A DNA stretch of 64,000 nucleotides, taken from NCBI RefSeq assembly GCF_006345805.1, contig NC_043017.1:32054001-32118000 (forward strand). The letters run 5' to 3'. The position numbers were made by a program, and so were the translations under genes. The DNA is from Octopus sinensis. Taxonomy: Eukaryota. Below, piece after piece: positions 11,580 through 25,498 of the stretch. A model generated the notes under the pieces. The model saw only the letters and a program-made list of their open reading frames with translations, made no database searches and had not been told where the DNA came from. The first letter of the stretch is position 1. Every line of letters begins with the position of its first letter.

Positions 11580-11957
11580 AGTGTGTGTGTGTATATATAT
11601 ATATGTATATATATATGTATGTATATATAGATAGATACATAGATAGATATATACATATATATATATACATACATGTATATATATATACATATATATATAC
11701 ATATATATATACATACATATATATATACATATGTATATATACATATATATATATACACATATATATATACAAATATATATATACATATATATATATATAC
11801 ATATATATACATATATATATATTTATATACATATATATATACATATATATTATATATACATATATAATATATACACATACACACAACACACACACACACA
11901 CACATATATAAATATATACATATAGGCATATATACATATATATGTGTGTCCATGTTC

Positions 11958-12002
<45 letters not shown>
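11580..12002. repeat. Degenerate (TA)n/(CA)n microsatellite block
   Basis: Direct reading. Confidence 0.97.
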
Positions 12003-12005
<3 letters not shown>

Positions 12006-12772
12006 CTAATCAAATATCTGAATATGAAGCTGAAAATTTAATAATTTTAGAAATATATTTTGATATAGAGATAAAAACCAATAATTCACTTCTTGGTATT
12101 TATAAGTAAGAATATCAGTTTATATTTTGTATTATGATATATGAATATTGAAATATTATTTCATATTTTCATGTTCTATTAGATATTTCAGATACTGCAA
12201 GTGACATCAATATTTTACAAATTTATGATATTATCATATAAAAAGTGCTCAGCTTTTTGCTGTGTGAAGCAATAGACTACCATTTAGGGAGATATCTAGA
12301 CAGTATAAATATATCTGTTGGTGCTGTACTGGAAGTTATCGCTGTCTATTCATCAGCCAGGTGGGTGCATATTGCTTGCCTGGTTAGGCAAACTTCAGAC
12401 AAAGATTCCTGAAGGCAATCATATGAATCTTTTTCATTTTTTGGGGTTGTATCCCAACTTATATCTCATTATGTCAAATAAGAGCAGTTGTTAGCAATAT
12501 TAAACTGGAGGGTTAAGACAATAAGACATTGATCACTGAAAAGCTTGTTTTCAAAATAGTCAATAAAAATGCAAAAGATATCATAGAAGAATATGAAGGA
12601 TCGTATGCAAATTTACTGAGATCATAAAGAGAGATTAAGGAGGATTTGCTTAAAGCCATTAAGCAACTTGTATTTCATTTTGTGTCTGATATTTCTTTTG
12701 ATCCTCAGACATCAAACTCAAATCACAATGCCTGGTACACTCTTGCAAATGACATGTAACACTTATTCAGTA

Positions 12773-13724
12773 CTAGCAGCATAGCCCGGCGTTACCCGGG
12801 TATATAAGAGCCCCTAGTAGGCAACAACTAATCCCAATCTAGTCCTTTCCCTCTAGGGAACGAAGGCGCATGTGTAGGTTGCAATGTCTTCTCTTCACTC
12901 GAATACTTCTGTGTATACGATGTTCCTAGCTGTCCCTTTGGGTGAAAACATGAAAACATCATTGCGCCTCCCAACGCGTGAACAGCCCATGTAGAGTTGA
13001 CCGTGGGCGAAGCACTGTTCGCCCAACTGTAACCCAGCGACTTGTAGCGTTTGGCCTTGGGATTTATTGATGAACATTGCGAAGCAGAGTTTAACAGGAA
13101 ACTGAGAACGCCTGAAGTTGATTGGTAGGTCAGTGCCCGATGGTTGAAGGTGCATGCGTGGAATGAAGACATCCTCTCCCTTCCCACAACCAGTAAGTAT
13201 TGTGGCCGTTATTAAATGTGGTGGCAAATGTTTCACAACCAGACGTGTGCCGTTGTACTGTTTAGGTGGAACGAAATTCCTGATGAGCATAATGGGCACA
13301 CCGACTTTTAACTTCAGGATGTGTGGCGGCAGGCCTGGCGGTTCAAGTGAATTCAGGAATTCAACAGGATAATCAGCAAGCTTGGCGGGGTCTGCTGTCC
13401 TATCAATAGATTTGTAGACATGGACATCACCAGGAATAGCTTCAAGTAGCTGGATATTGATGGAGTTGAGAGTTAAAAAGGTCGAGTGGCGTCCCCTAGA
13501 CAGTCTGTGGTTAGTGTTTCTGATTCTCGAGCCTATGTCGAATTTATCGATTTTTTTCAGAACTGGGGGAACTTTCCAAAGTTTTCGCTGCGTTAGTTTT
13601 GAATTATGACATTGGGCTATGTGTGTGTCAAGTTTCATCAGAATCGGTTGAAAGCCGTGGTCAGGATGAGAGTACAACCTGACAGACACACAGACAGACA
13701 AACTGCCGTTTATATAGAGAGAGA
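12773..13724 (-). mobile_element. Non-autonomous Helitron with both termini and a PIF1-family helicase C-terminal fragment
   Basis: Minus strand starts A|TC (13724), has a subterminal hairpin CCCGG-gtaacg-CCGGG (12785-12800) and ends CTAG|T (12773). Internal ORF has PVEFLNSLEPPGLPPH, LIRN...NGTRL, QFPVKLCFAM.INKSQGQTL and HGQLY..CSRV. Confidence 0.95.
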
Positions 13725-14039
13725 TGATATTAAGTGGCTATTTCTGCTAAAAGTAAACCTCATATTTGGATAATGCTTTGAGGTACAACAAACGACTTTG
13801 TTACAACAAATGTAACGCGGTATTCTGAAGAAGTTGCCTACTCATCCAAAATTGCATGCACTCATTAAGCAAAAGGAAATGAAATTGTCTCATGCTGCAT
13901 GCATCAAAATAAGTTCATATTAAAAAAAGTAGTTGGGACTCCAAACAGCATAGCACTTCTCCACCTACTCACTAAATCCATCACTACTGCATACATAAAC
14001 AAAAATAAATTTACACCCACAACAACCAAATCACAAACA

Positions 14040-14400
14040 GCAGCCACAGTTATGCATGCAGTGCAATTGCTTGCCAACCACATGGTCATGGGTTCAGTCC
14101 CACTGCGTGGCACGTTGGGCAAGTGTCTTCTACTATAGCCTCGGGTCGAACAAAAACTTGTGAGTGGATTTGGTAGACGGAAACTGAAAGAAGCCCATCG
14201 TATATATGTATATATATATATGTATATGTGTGTGTGTGTGTGTGTGTGTATGTGTGTGTGTGTGTATGTTTGTGTGTCTGTGTTTGTCCCCCCCAAACAT
14301 CCCTTGACAACCGATGCTGGTGCGTTTATGTCCCCGTAACTTAGCGGTTTGGCAAAAGAGACCGATAGAATAAGTACTAGGCTTACAAAGAACAAGGCCC
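14040..14400 (+). mobile_element. SINE family A copy
   Basis: ...caaccacatggtcatgggttcagtcccactgcgtggcacgttgggcaagtgtcttc... Confidence 0.85.
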
Positions 14401-14819
14401 ATGCATAAACATACTGAGCCATATGTATGAATACACAGGATAAAAGGCAAACTCTAACCCCAGCTCACACTTACATATACAAGGACAAACATTAATCAAG
14501 ATGTGCAATTCAAAATATACATGCTCTCCAATGCCATAATGCTAAACAATCTTTCATTAGGTCAAATTACAATCTCAATTAGCCACACCAAAACTCCTCA
14601 CCTCATAAAGAGCCATTCATTTTATATCAAAACGAAATTAGTGTTGCCAAGGATAAGGCAAGTTCAACAGAGCTGGTGCCATACTGCAATAGAAACCATG
14701 CCAAAAGAGAAACTCAAAAGTGAAACAAGGGCCATCCATCCTGCAAGATCCTATTAAACTAAACAACAATTTATTTTGTGGCCTGCATTATTGTTTAGTT
14801 TAACAGGATCTTGCAGGAC

Positions 14820-15210
14820 GGCTGTCAGACAATTTCTGCAACCACATCACCCCCTAACATCTGGCCACCTAAATCCCCAGACTGCAACCCACCTTGATTA
14901 TTATGCATGTGGTGCAGTTGAGCAAGAGATCAACAAAACTCCTTGTAACACACCAAAGATGAACTGAAGGCAAGGATTATGGCAGCATTCACCATCTTAA
15001 ACAACTAAGATTGTTCAGAAGAGTTGCAGGAGATTCCGAAGTCATCTGGAGGTCGTCATTGAAGCCAATGGCGATTTTATTGAATAAATTTACTTTTTAG
15101 TATTTCAAGATATTTTAAAGTAATTTTGGCAAATATATCTGTTAAAATGAGATGTCAGTGTTATTTTCATTTTTGCGTAATTTAGACGACAATTTATTCG
15201 CCGCAACCTG
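14820..15210 (+). mobile_element. Tc1/mariner-superfamily transposon, 3' fragment with terminal sequence
   Basis: Frameshifted PNIWPPKSPDCNP-LDYYACGAVEQEINKTPCNT-KDELKARIMAAF...RRFRSHLEVVIEANGDFIE*; ends ...gccgcaacctg|TA. Confidence 0.85.
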
Positions 15211-15233
15211 TATACACACATACACATATACTG

Positions 15234-15271
<38 letters not shown>

Positions 15272-15279
15272 TCTACTAC

Positions 15280-15665
15280 CGGAGGCGCAATGGCCCAGTG
15301 GTTAGGGCAGCGGACTTGCGGTCATAGGATCGCGGTTTCGATTCCCAGACCGGGCGTTGTGAGTGTTTATTGAGCGAAAACACCTAAAGCTCCACGAGGC
15401 TCCGGCAGGGGATGGTGGTGATCCCTGCTGTACTCTTTCACCACAACTTTCTCTCACTCTTACTTCCTGTTTCTGTTGTACCTGTATTTCAAAGGGCTGG
15501 CCTCGTCACTCTCTGTGTCACGCTGAATATCCCCGAGAACTATGTTAATGGTGCACGTGTCTGTGGAGTGCTCAGCCACTTACACGTTAATTTCACGAGC
15601 AGGCAGTTCCGTTGATTCAGATCAACCGGAACCCTCGTCGTCATAACCAACAGAGTGCTTCCATC
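15280..15665 (+). mobile_element. tRNA-derived SINE family D, full-length
   Basis: A box tggcccagtggttag, B box ggtttcgattccc; highly similar copy at 37735-38120. Confidence 0.9.
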
Positions 15666-16249
15666 ATTCTACTACCTCTGAGTATAAAAACACTTTACAA
15701 AAAGAACTTAAATGTTCAAAGCTAACATAAAAATAAAATTTACTAAACTCATGAAGGTAACTTATTGATAGAACTGATATAAATCTCTTTGAATAAAAGA
15801 ATATATTTTGTCATGTAAAGGACTTAACAAAGAATTCTGAGAGAATTATAATTGAAAAAAAAAAAATAGAAAAGAAATTAGAAAACGAGAAAATAGTAAA
15901 ATTCATCACTTGAGGATTGACAGATAAAAATATCAGCAAGCAAAATCGAATTAACGCTAGAGATAGGAACGATATTACATATATCAGTTGACATATGCCT
16001 TCGTTAGAGTCTTGAGTTCTTCACACTTGGGTGTTTGTGGTTCAGACTGTAAATATAGCAGCAAAGCGGAGTCCAAAGTTTCATCAGGAAAACAGCAAAG
16101 ATGCAGTGTTGCAGGTCAAATTTATAGAAGCGTGTATATACATTAGTGTGTGTATGTGTGCATTAATGTGTGTGTGTGTGTGTGCATTTGTCATCATGTA
16201 TGCATTATTGTGTTTGTATGTGTGTATACATCAATGCATGTGTGTGTGT

Positions 16250-17995
16250 ACTCTCTTTTACTCTTTTACTTGTTTCAGTCATTTGACTGCGGCCATGCTG
16301 GAGCACCGCCTTTAGTCGAGCAACTCGACCCCAGGACTTATTCTTTTCGTAAGCCCAGTACTTATTCTATCGGTCTCTTTTTGCCAAACCGCTAAGTGAT
16401 GGGGACGTAAACACACCAGCATCAGTTGTCAAGCAATGCTAGGGGGACAAACACAGACACACAAACACACACACATACATACATATATATACATATATAT
16501 AACAGGCTTCTTTCAGTTTCCGTCTACCAAATCCACTCACAAGGCATTGGTCGGGCCGGGGCTATAGCAGAAGACACTTGCCCAAGATCCCACACAGTGG
16601 GACTGAACCCAGAACCATGTGGTTGGTTAGCAAGCTACTTACCACACAGCCACTCCTGTGCCTATTAGTGTTTCTGTGTGCATCAATATTTGTGTATGTG
16701 CATGTGTGAGTGTGTTTGTATACATGTATGCATCAGTGTATGCATTATTTTGTGTATGTGTTTGTGCGCATGCTGGCAACGTATGTGTGTGTGTGCATCC
16801 TTGTGGGTGGGTATTTACATCTGTGTATACATCTTTGGTGTACATGCACGTGCGTGTGTGTGTATTACTCTTACTCTCTCTCTTTCTCGTTTACTTGTTT
16901 CAGTCATTAGACTGCGGCCATGCTGGAGCACCGCCTTTAGTCGAGCAAATCGACCCCGGGACTTATTCATTGTAAGCCCAGTACTTATTCTATCGGTCTC
17001 TTTTGCCGAGCCGCTAAGTTACGGGGACGTAAACACACCAGCATCGGCTGTCAAGCAATGCTAGGGGGACAAACACAGACACACAAACACATACACATGC
17101 ATATACATATATATATATATATACATATATACGACAGGTTTCTTTCAGTTTCCGTCTACCAAATCTACTCACAAGGCATTGGTTGGCCCGAGGTTTATAG
17201 CAGAAGACACTTGCCCAAGATGCCACGCAGTGGGACTGAACCCAGAAACATGTGGCTGGTTAGCAAGCTACTTACCACACAGCCACTCCTGTGCCTGTTT
17301 GTTTATACATGTTTGTCAGTATTCAAATATGTGTATTAGTGTATGTGTGTACGTATTTGTGTGTGAGTGTTTACAGGTGTTTACAGGTACCTCTATTTAC
17401 CAAAATATGGCTTTGCTGATGAAGATAACTTGATAAAATAATCAGCAGAAATGACAACTTGTGACGCCATGAAGGCAGTGCCCCAGCGTGGCCAGAATCT
17501 AATTCCTGAAACCCATTAAGGAATTTCTTTGTCTTTCTCCTCTAATTCGAATTTTGGTACATATTGAGAACAAGTACAACATTGGTATACTCTTTACTCT
17601 TTTACTTGTTTCAGTCATTTGACTGCGACCCTGCTGGAGCACCGCCTTTAGTCGAGCAAATCGACCCCGGGACTTATTCTTTGTAAGCCCAGTACTTATT
17701 CTATCGGTCTCTTTTACCGAACCGCTAAGTGACGGGGACGTATACACACCAGCATCAGCTGTCAAGCAATGCTAGGGGGACAAACACAGACACACAAACA
17801 CACACATACATATATATATATACATATATACGACAGGCTTCTTTCAGTTTCCGTCTACCAAATCCACTCACAAGGCATTGGTCGGCCCGGGGCTATAGCA
17901 GAAGACACTTGCCCAAGATACCACGCAGTGGGACTGAACCCGGAACCATGTGGTTGGTTAGCAAGCTACTTACCACACAGTCACTCCTGCGCCTA
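16250..17995 (-). mobile_element. Three same-orientation SINE family A copies (~16250-16643, 16865-17295, 17590-17995)
   Basis: Each runs from a tactctttt tail to an ...ccacacagccactcctg(t/c)gcc head. Confidence 0.9.
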
Positions 17996-18538
17996 CATTT
18001 ATATTTATTATTATTAAGTTATTTATTTATTAAACAATTAACCAATTGAGTTGACAATGAAGTCTTTTTGTGGCTATTTTACTTGCTAGAAAAAATAGCT
18101 TAATTTCTCTTAAATCACATACTACTTTCTTAAAAAAAATAAAACAGAGGGTATATTGGTTATATCATCATCATCATCACTGTTTAACGTCCGTGTGTGT
18201 GTATGTGTAGATAGCTATATAGAAGACATTTGAAATATATATATATATGTATTCACACACACATACATGCACACAAATATAAATATGTATATATATATAT
18301 TAATCAAAATGTACAGTATTATATATTTATTACAGCTGATCTTAACTATCAGTTTCACACTAGGGGTTCAATGGAGTGTTAGCTAACAGCCTGATTATGT
18401 GACCCTACACTCTTCAGAGATGACAGTTATGGAATGAAATATAGATGGTATATGTACACATATATAGCATCATGTAAAGATAAGATATGGAGAGATACAA
18501 ATACATGCATGCGTACAAATGCATACTGGCAAATACAT

Positions 18539-18700
18539 ATACGAGGGACGTTCAATAAGTAATGCCTCTGACCCACTTGCAATTGTTTGATCTAGCTGAA
18601 ATTTTGCATGTGCAATCATTTATATCTCTATAGAGTAAGTGGAAAATTACAGCTCTGAATTAATTGTGGTTTCTGATTTACAGGTGTTTGAATCGAGTCA
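18539..18700 (+). mobile_element. Mariner-type 5' end / MITE fragment
   Basis: TA-CGAGGGacgttcaataagtaatgcc TIR-like start. Confidence 0.55.
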
Positions 18701-19278
18701 TATATATGCACACAGATATATGTATGTACACATATTTATATGTGTTTGTATTTGTGTTTGTCTTCCTCTGTACGTTGTCTTTACATGAGACCGCTTAACA
18801 AATAGTGTTTGCTTACATTGCTAACTTAGCAGTTCACCAAACAGAAACTGAGAGAATAATTGGCAACAAATTCAAAAGATAAAATAACCACTGAATTCGA
18901 TTTCATTGCGTAAACCTTTTAAGTTGCTTTTGGCACATTCGTGGCCCAAATAGTCCAAAGACTGGAATTAGTAAAAGACTCTACCAAGTACTAAACGCTT
19001 ACTGGGTTCATCTCAATCTAGCCTTCTCAGAATTTGGGGGCTGACCCTGTGCTAAAATGGGAAATCATTATTTTTGCACAAATACAATATATGTGTGCTT
19101 TTTCGTAACTATTGATTTACATCTGTCGCATTAAACAAACAAGCAATAAAAAAAATCAATTCATTTGAAAACATAATTAATTCTTAATACTTTTTAACTA
19201 AAAATGTCTTCTTAATTATGTTTTATTTCCTATAAATCTCATTTCACCCCCTCCAGTTTTTTTTCATCTTTTCTCCTG

Positions 19279-19334
<56 letters not shown>

Positions 19335-19954
19335 TGTGTTTGTGTGTGTGTGTGTGTATGTGTGTATGTGTGTATGTGTGCATGTGTATGTATACCTATA
19401 GAAGCATTGCAATTTTTCTTGTCTTCAAAGTAAAATAAGTACATCATATTTATCCCTTATACAAATACACACACACACCACACACACACACACACACACA
19501 AACAAACATCTTTGCATACAAAATTCTATTTTTTTTTTTCATTTTTCTGAAATAACTAAATAACACGTTTTTCTTTAACAAACACGCTTATATACAAACT
19601 GACACAAACAAAGAAGGAAAAATGTATAAAAGCGAAAAAAAAAATTTTAAATAAAAAAATTACTGAAAAGAATAATTTTTTTTTTTCTTTTTCTAATCAC
19701 CATAGTCAGATAATTTATCTTATTCTTATGCGTTCTCTATTATTTTTCTTCATGCGTTCTCTATTATTTTTCTTATTTTGTTGAGAATGTCTGAAGTCTT
19801 TTGATGACAAGATGTCGGATTAATGCCAGAATTTTTATTATAATTAATTGGTGAAGTGACAGTCAACACAGAGCCCCAAACTGAGACCCTTTTACATTCT
19901 GAATTGTAATCTCGTGATGCTTGGTTTTGTTCTTCCATCCTTTGTGGTTGATGA

Positions 19955-21098
19955 AATAAATAACTATCGAGATGCTTGAAAAAGTGGTAATCGGTAGGCA
20001 GGAGGTCTGGTGAGTATGGAAGCTGAGGCAGAGTTTCGTAGCCCAATTTGTTCAACTTTTGCCGGGTCAGTTGTGCATCGTGCAGCCAAGCGTTGTCGAG
20101 GAGAAGAATTGGTCCTTTTCTATTGACCAATGCTGGCTGTTGTTGGAGTTTCTGATGCATTTCATCCATTTGCCGACTACTTCTCTGCCGTAATTGTTTC
20201 ATCTGGATCCAAAAAGCTATGATGGATGAAACCGGCCGCAGATCACCAAACAGACACCATGGCTTTCTTTTGGTGGAACTTTAGCTTCGGGAAGTGCCGC
20301 GGAGCTTCGTTGGCCTTCACCCACTGAGCTGAGTGTCACCGGTTGTTGTAAAGAATCCACTTTTCATCGCAAGTCACAATCTGGTTGGGAAATGGGTCAT
20401 TCTTGTTGCATAAGAAAAGGAAAGACAACACTTCAAAATGGCATTTTTTTTTGGTTGTCGTTCAATTCGTGCGGCACCCATTTCTCAAGTATTTTTGTTT
20501 TTCCAATCTCTTTCAAGTGGTTCGAAATTGTCGTAACATTACGTCTAATTCAGAAACAAGCCCTTGAACAGTTGTGATTAGATTGGCTTCCACTAAGGCT
20601 CTTAGCTGATCGTTGTCAACATCCAATGGCCGACCACTATGCTTATCATCTTTTGGTGGAACTTTGGCTTTGGGAAGTGCCGCGGAGCTTCATTGGCCTT
20701 CAACAACTGAGCTGAGCGTCGCCGGTTGTTGTAAAGAATCCACTTTTCATCGCATGTCACAATCTGGTTGAGAAGTGGGTCATTCCTGTTGCATAAGAGA
20801 AGGGAAGAAAATACTTCAAAATGGCATTTTTTTTGGTTGTCGTTCAATTCGTGCAGCACCCATTTCTGCATGAGGAATACTTCAAAAACCAAAACAATGC
20901 TAAACACACCTTCAATGACTTCATCACCACCAGAACGCAGGGTTTTTACACTACTGGCTTAAATAAACTTGTTTTGCATTGGCTAAAGTATGTTGATTCT
21001 GATGGTGTTTATTTCAATTAATAATGCTTCGTTTGAGCCGAGATATGTGCATCTGAATATAAAGGTTAAAAACCACAAGAACTTTCTTGACAACCTAA
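19955..21098. mobile_element. Mariner (Hsmar1/SETMAR-like DD34D) transposon remnant with internal inversion and duplication
   Basis: Minus: KWVLHELN, IVTCDEKWILYNN, GPILLLDNA, PYSPDLLPTDYHFFKHLDSY. Plus from ~20863: FLHEEYFKNQ...FYTTGLNKLVLHWLKYVDSDGVYFN*, then TIR aaaaccacaagaactttcttgacaacctaa. Confidence 0.92.
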
Positions 21099-22469
21099 CA
21101 GATATGTGGCGGCATATTTAAATACAAAGTAAAAAGATGAGTTAAAGCATAACCAGCCTGAACATCTCGTCTCCTAAAAAGTCTGCATTTTTCTCAAACA
21201 TGTTAATTTTATGAAAATAATTCTTAATTACACGAAATATCCCCTCGTTACTTGCAGAATCACAAGCAATTACAAGTTAGATGATGGATTGTTTTTTACC
21301 TCCAAATGAGGAAATTTTAATTGGTTAATATTTTGTGTACATCATTCAGTTCAAGACCCCTGAAATTATTTAAATTCAAGACAGTCATCCTCTTCCCTCT
21401 TTTATCTCTCACTTATTTCAGTCGTTAGATGTGACCATGCTGGGGCAACATGTTGGAGAACTTTTACTCAAATGTATTGGGCCCCAGGACTTATGCTTTT
21501 AAAGCCTGGTCCTTATTCTGTCTATCTTTTTTGCTGAACTGCTAGGTTACAGGGACATAAACTCACCAGCACCTATCATCAAGCAGTGGTGGGAACAGAC
21601 ACATACATGCACACATACACGCCCACACACACACACACACACACACACACATAACGAGCTTCTTTCAGTTTCCATCTACAAAAATCCACCCACAAGGCTT
21701 TTGTTGGCTCAAGGTTATAGTAGACGACACTTGCCCAAGGTGCCACGCAGTGGGACTGAACCTCATACTTTGCAGTTGGAAAGGAAGCTTCTTACCACAC
21801 AGCCATTTCCTGTAGCTCACTTTGGCTTTGGTCTTAAATTATTGTTTTGAATTTGAGACTTGATTTGTCTTTACACTCCTTTTGCCATGCTCTCTTGAAC
21901 AAGAGCAGCGAGGATTATTTAGGCTTTGCAGGGCACCAAGCAATGTCACTAGTGCTGGTGCCACTAAAAAAAGCAGTGATCATGTGGCTAAAAGCTTGCC
22001 TCCTGACCATGTAATTTCAGCCTTAGTCCCACTGCATGCCATCTTAAGCAAGTGTCTTCTACCATGGTTCAAGGTCAACCAAACCTTTGTGAGTGGATTT
22101 CATAGACAGAAACACACACATATGTGTGTGTACACCTTTGTCTGGACATCACATGATACTTCTAAGCAAGCATTATTATCATACAAGTGATGCTGTTTCT
22201 GTCTAATCTTCAGTGAAAATATGTTCAACTATAGGGAGATGGTACTTTGCTTATAAAACAGGTGAAGGTTGGTGACTGGAAGAGTATCCAGTTGTAGAAA
22301 TCCTGCCAAAATAGAAGACACAAGTAAGACATGGTTCTCTCACGTGTCTGAGAAAGCAGCAACTCTGAATAAGAACTGATGAAACTCTGACAATAATCCA
22401 GCCGATGCCAGCAAGGAAAATAGCCAAAAAGTGGTAATGATTATTATGATATGGTATTGTTTTTTTTAA

Positions 22470-23919
22470 CCCTTTAGCATTTAATCTGGTCACATCCAGC
22501 CCAAATATTCTACTTCTTATATGTTAAAACTAACTGGATCCGACTTGTTACACTTACCCTACAATGTCATTCTAAAAATATACAGACACAGTCTTTTACT
22601 CTTTTACTCTTTTACTTGTTTCAGTCATTTGACTGCGGCCATGCTGGAGTACCGCCTTTTAGTCGAGTAAATCGACCCCAGGACTTATTCTTTGTAAGCC
22701 TAGTACTTATTCTATCAGTTCCTTTTGCTGAACCGCTAAGTCACGGGGACGTAAACTCACCACCATTGATTGTCAAGCAATGGTGGGGGGACAAACACAG
22801 ACACGCAAGCATATACACACATACATATATATACATATATACGACGGGCTTCTTCCAGTTTCCATCAACCAAATCCACTCACAAGGCTTTGGTCAGCCTG
22901 AGGAATGAACCCGGAACCATGCAAGTTACTTACCACACAGCCACTCCTCACCATTGAGATTTTGAAACTACAAGGTAAAACATGATTAATTCAAAACAGT
23001 GTGAATGAATAAGCAGTACATTTGATAGGCACATGGCTCAGTGGTTAGATCATCGGGATTAGAATCATGAGGTACTGAGTTCAATTCCTAGACGTCGCTG
23101 TGTGTTGTGTTCTTGAGCAAGACATTTTATTTCACATCACTCCAGTTCACTCAGCTGTAGAAATGAGTTGTGACATCACTCGTGTCAAGCTGCATCGGAC
23201 TTTGCTTTTCCTTGGACAATATCGGTGGTGGGGAGAGTGGAGCTGGTGTGCATCGGTAACTGCTGGTCTTCCATAAACAACCTTGAATGGACTTGTGTCT
23301 TGGAGGGTAACTTTCTAGGTACGATCTCATGATCATTCATGACCAAAGGGGGCTTTACCATTTACCCTATGTACATATAATAGCATCATCATCATCATCA
23401 TCATCATCATCGTTTAACGTCCGTTTCCGATGCTAGCATGGGTTGGACGAATGACTGAGGGCTGGCTAACCAGATGGCTGCACCAGGCTTCAATTTTGAT
23501 CTGGCAGAGTTTCTACAGCTGGATGCCCTTCCTAATGCCAACTACTCCGAGAGTGTAGTGGGTGCTTTTACGTGCCACTGGCACGGGGCCAGTCAGGCAG
23601 TACTGGCAACGACCTCGCTCGAATCTTTTACACATGCCACCAGCAGAGGTGCCAGTAAGGCGATGCTGGTAACGATCATGCTCGAATGGTGTCTCTTATG
23701 TGCCACTGGCACAGAGGCCAGATAGCTCAGATGGTGCTCTAGCATGGGGCTCGAGTGCCAGTAAGGCGACGCTGGAGAGGGAAAACTGGTATGCATGGGT
23801 GACTGCTGGTATTCCATGAACAACCTTAACTGGACTTGTGCCTTGGCAGATAACGTTCTAGGTGCAATTCCCTTTTACCATTTTTTCACATTTTATTGAG
23901 AAATCTGAATACTGAAGGG
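22470..23919 (+). mobile_element. piggyBac-type MITE expanded by nested SINEs (family A ~22595-22950, tRNA SINE ~23020-23360, family B ~23385-23775)
   Basis: TTAA|ccctttagcattt at the left and gaatactgaaggg|TTAA at the right. A partial inverted copy of the body lies at ~31190-31330. Confidence 0.65.
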
Positions 23920-24059
23920 TTAAATATTTTGTCAACAGGCAGTTCCAAATTCATGTAGAATCAACAATTCCATCACCACGCACATGGCATAGCAGATCTC
24001 CTATTGGCTCGTTCACATTGTGCCACTATATTTTGCTACATTATGGTATATATACTCCT

Positions 24060-24380
24060 GCATATATATATATATAGATATATATATATATAATAAATAA
24101 TATATATATATATGTAAATATATTGTAAATATATATATGTATGTAGGTATGTATGTATGTATGTATAATATATATATATATGTATATATATAAATAAAAA
24201 CTTACTTGAGAAATATATATGTATGTAGGTATGTATGTATGTATGTATATAATATATATATATATATATATAAATAATACATAATATATATATGTATCTA
24301 TGTATGATGTATGTAGGTATGTATGTATGTATGTATATATATATATATTATATATATATAATATAATATATATATAATAA

Positions 24381-24415
<35 letters not shown>

Positions 24416-24420
24416 TTTAT
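24060..24420. repeat. (TA)n/(TATG)n microsatellite
   Basis: Direct reading. Confidence 0.95.
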
Positions 24421-25169
24421 ATATACATGTATATATGTTTACTTTTGTATGTTCGTCTATATTTGGAACTCAAACTGACATTGATATCATTGCTGCAATT
24501 GTTTGTAAATGTTTGTTAACATTTTTCACTGTTGCTATCGCCATTGTTATACCTTTGCTATTTATTTCTTATTTCTTGTACTTTTTATGCTGGTTTTCTT
24601 ATTGTCACCATCATTGTTCTAACAACAATATATCCTAGTGTGGATGCTGACAACTCACTCAAAATGATATGATGACGTTCCAGAGTCTTTAATGGACTGA
24701 ACTTAGTTTCCGTACGCTCACACTTACACACACACTCTCTCTCTCTCATACGCACACACAAGCACACAGACATACACACACACATCCCAATATACTCCTG
24801 TCAGTAAAAAGCTAATAGGATTATTTTTCTCCTCTTTTTCATATATCTGAAAAATCAAACAAACATTTTTTTGAAAATAACACAATGAAAGTAATAAAGA
24901 AGAATGAGGAAAAGAGCTAAGCATCCCTTAAAGATTTCGAGAAAAATGAAATGCAGGGAAAAAAAAAAACAAAACAAAATACAAAACCCATATATGAATG
25001 ATTGTGCGTGTGTGTGTGTGCATGTATGTGTGCGTGTGTGTATGTGTGTGTGTGCATGTACAAATATATAGAATGTATACATATATATATATATATATAA
25101 AAATTAAAAGAAAATTGAAAGGCAAAAGGACTTTAAGAACCCTTTAAGATTTTGTAGAAAAAATACAGA

Positions 25170-25172
25170 ATA

Positions 25173-25228
<56 letters not shown>

Positions 25229-25251
25229 GATGGAGTCTATAACATATATAT

Positions 25252-25297
<46 letters not shown>

Positions 25298-25322
25298 ATG
25301 TCTTTACATATATAATTATATG

Positions 25323-25374
<52 letters not shown>

Positions 25375-25392
25375 ATGGATTATATATACATA

Positions 25393-25433
<41 letters not shown>

Positions 25434-25463
25434 TAATGATAACTGTCTATATCATATATAATT

Positions 25464-25498
<35 letters not shown>

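Noticed and set aside
12895-13701. Host PIF1 helicase gene
   Set aside because: Intronless C-terminal fragment lying wholly within Helitron termini.
14602-14683. Minus-strand exon with good acceptor and gtgag donor
   Set aside because: Stops in all three frames; no supporting neighbours.
15280-15360. tRNA genes at SINE heads (also 37735, 46675, 54950)
   Set aside because: A and B boxes are present but run directly into SINE bodies, several with TSDs; no complete cloverleaf supported.
16250-17995. CRISPR-like or satellite array from recurring identical motifs
   Set aside because: Recurrences are whole ~400-bp SINE copies at irregular spacing in eukaryotic DNA.
23939-24047. Plus-strand exon candidate QFQIHVESTIPSPRTWHSRS...
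   Set aside because: Weak donor and its end phase is incompatible with the 30350 candidate.
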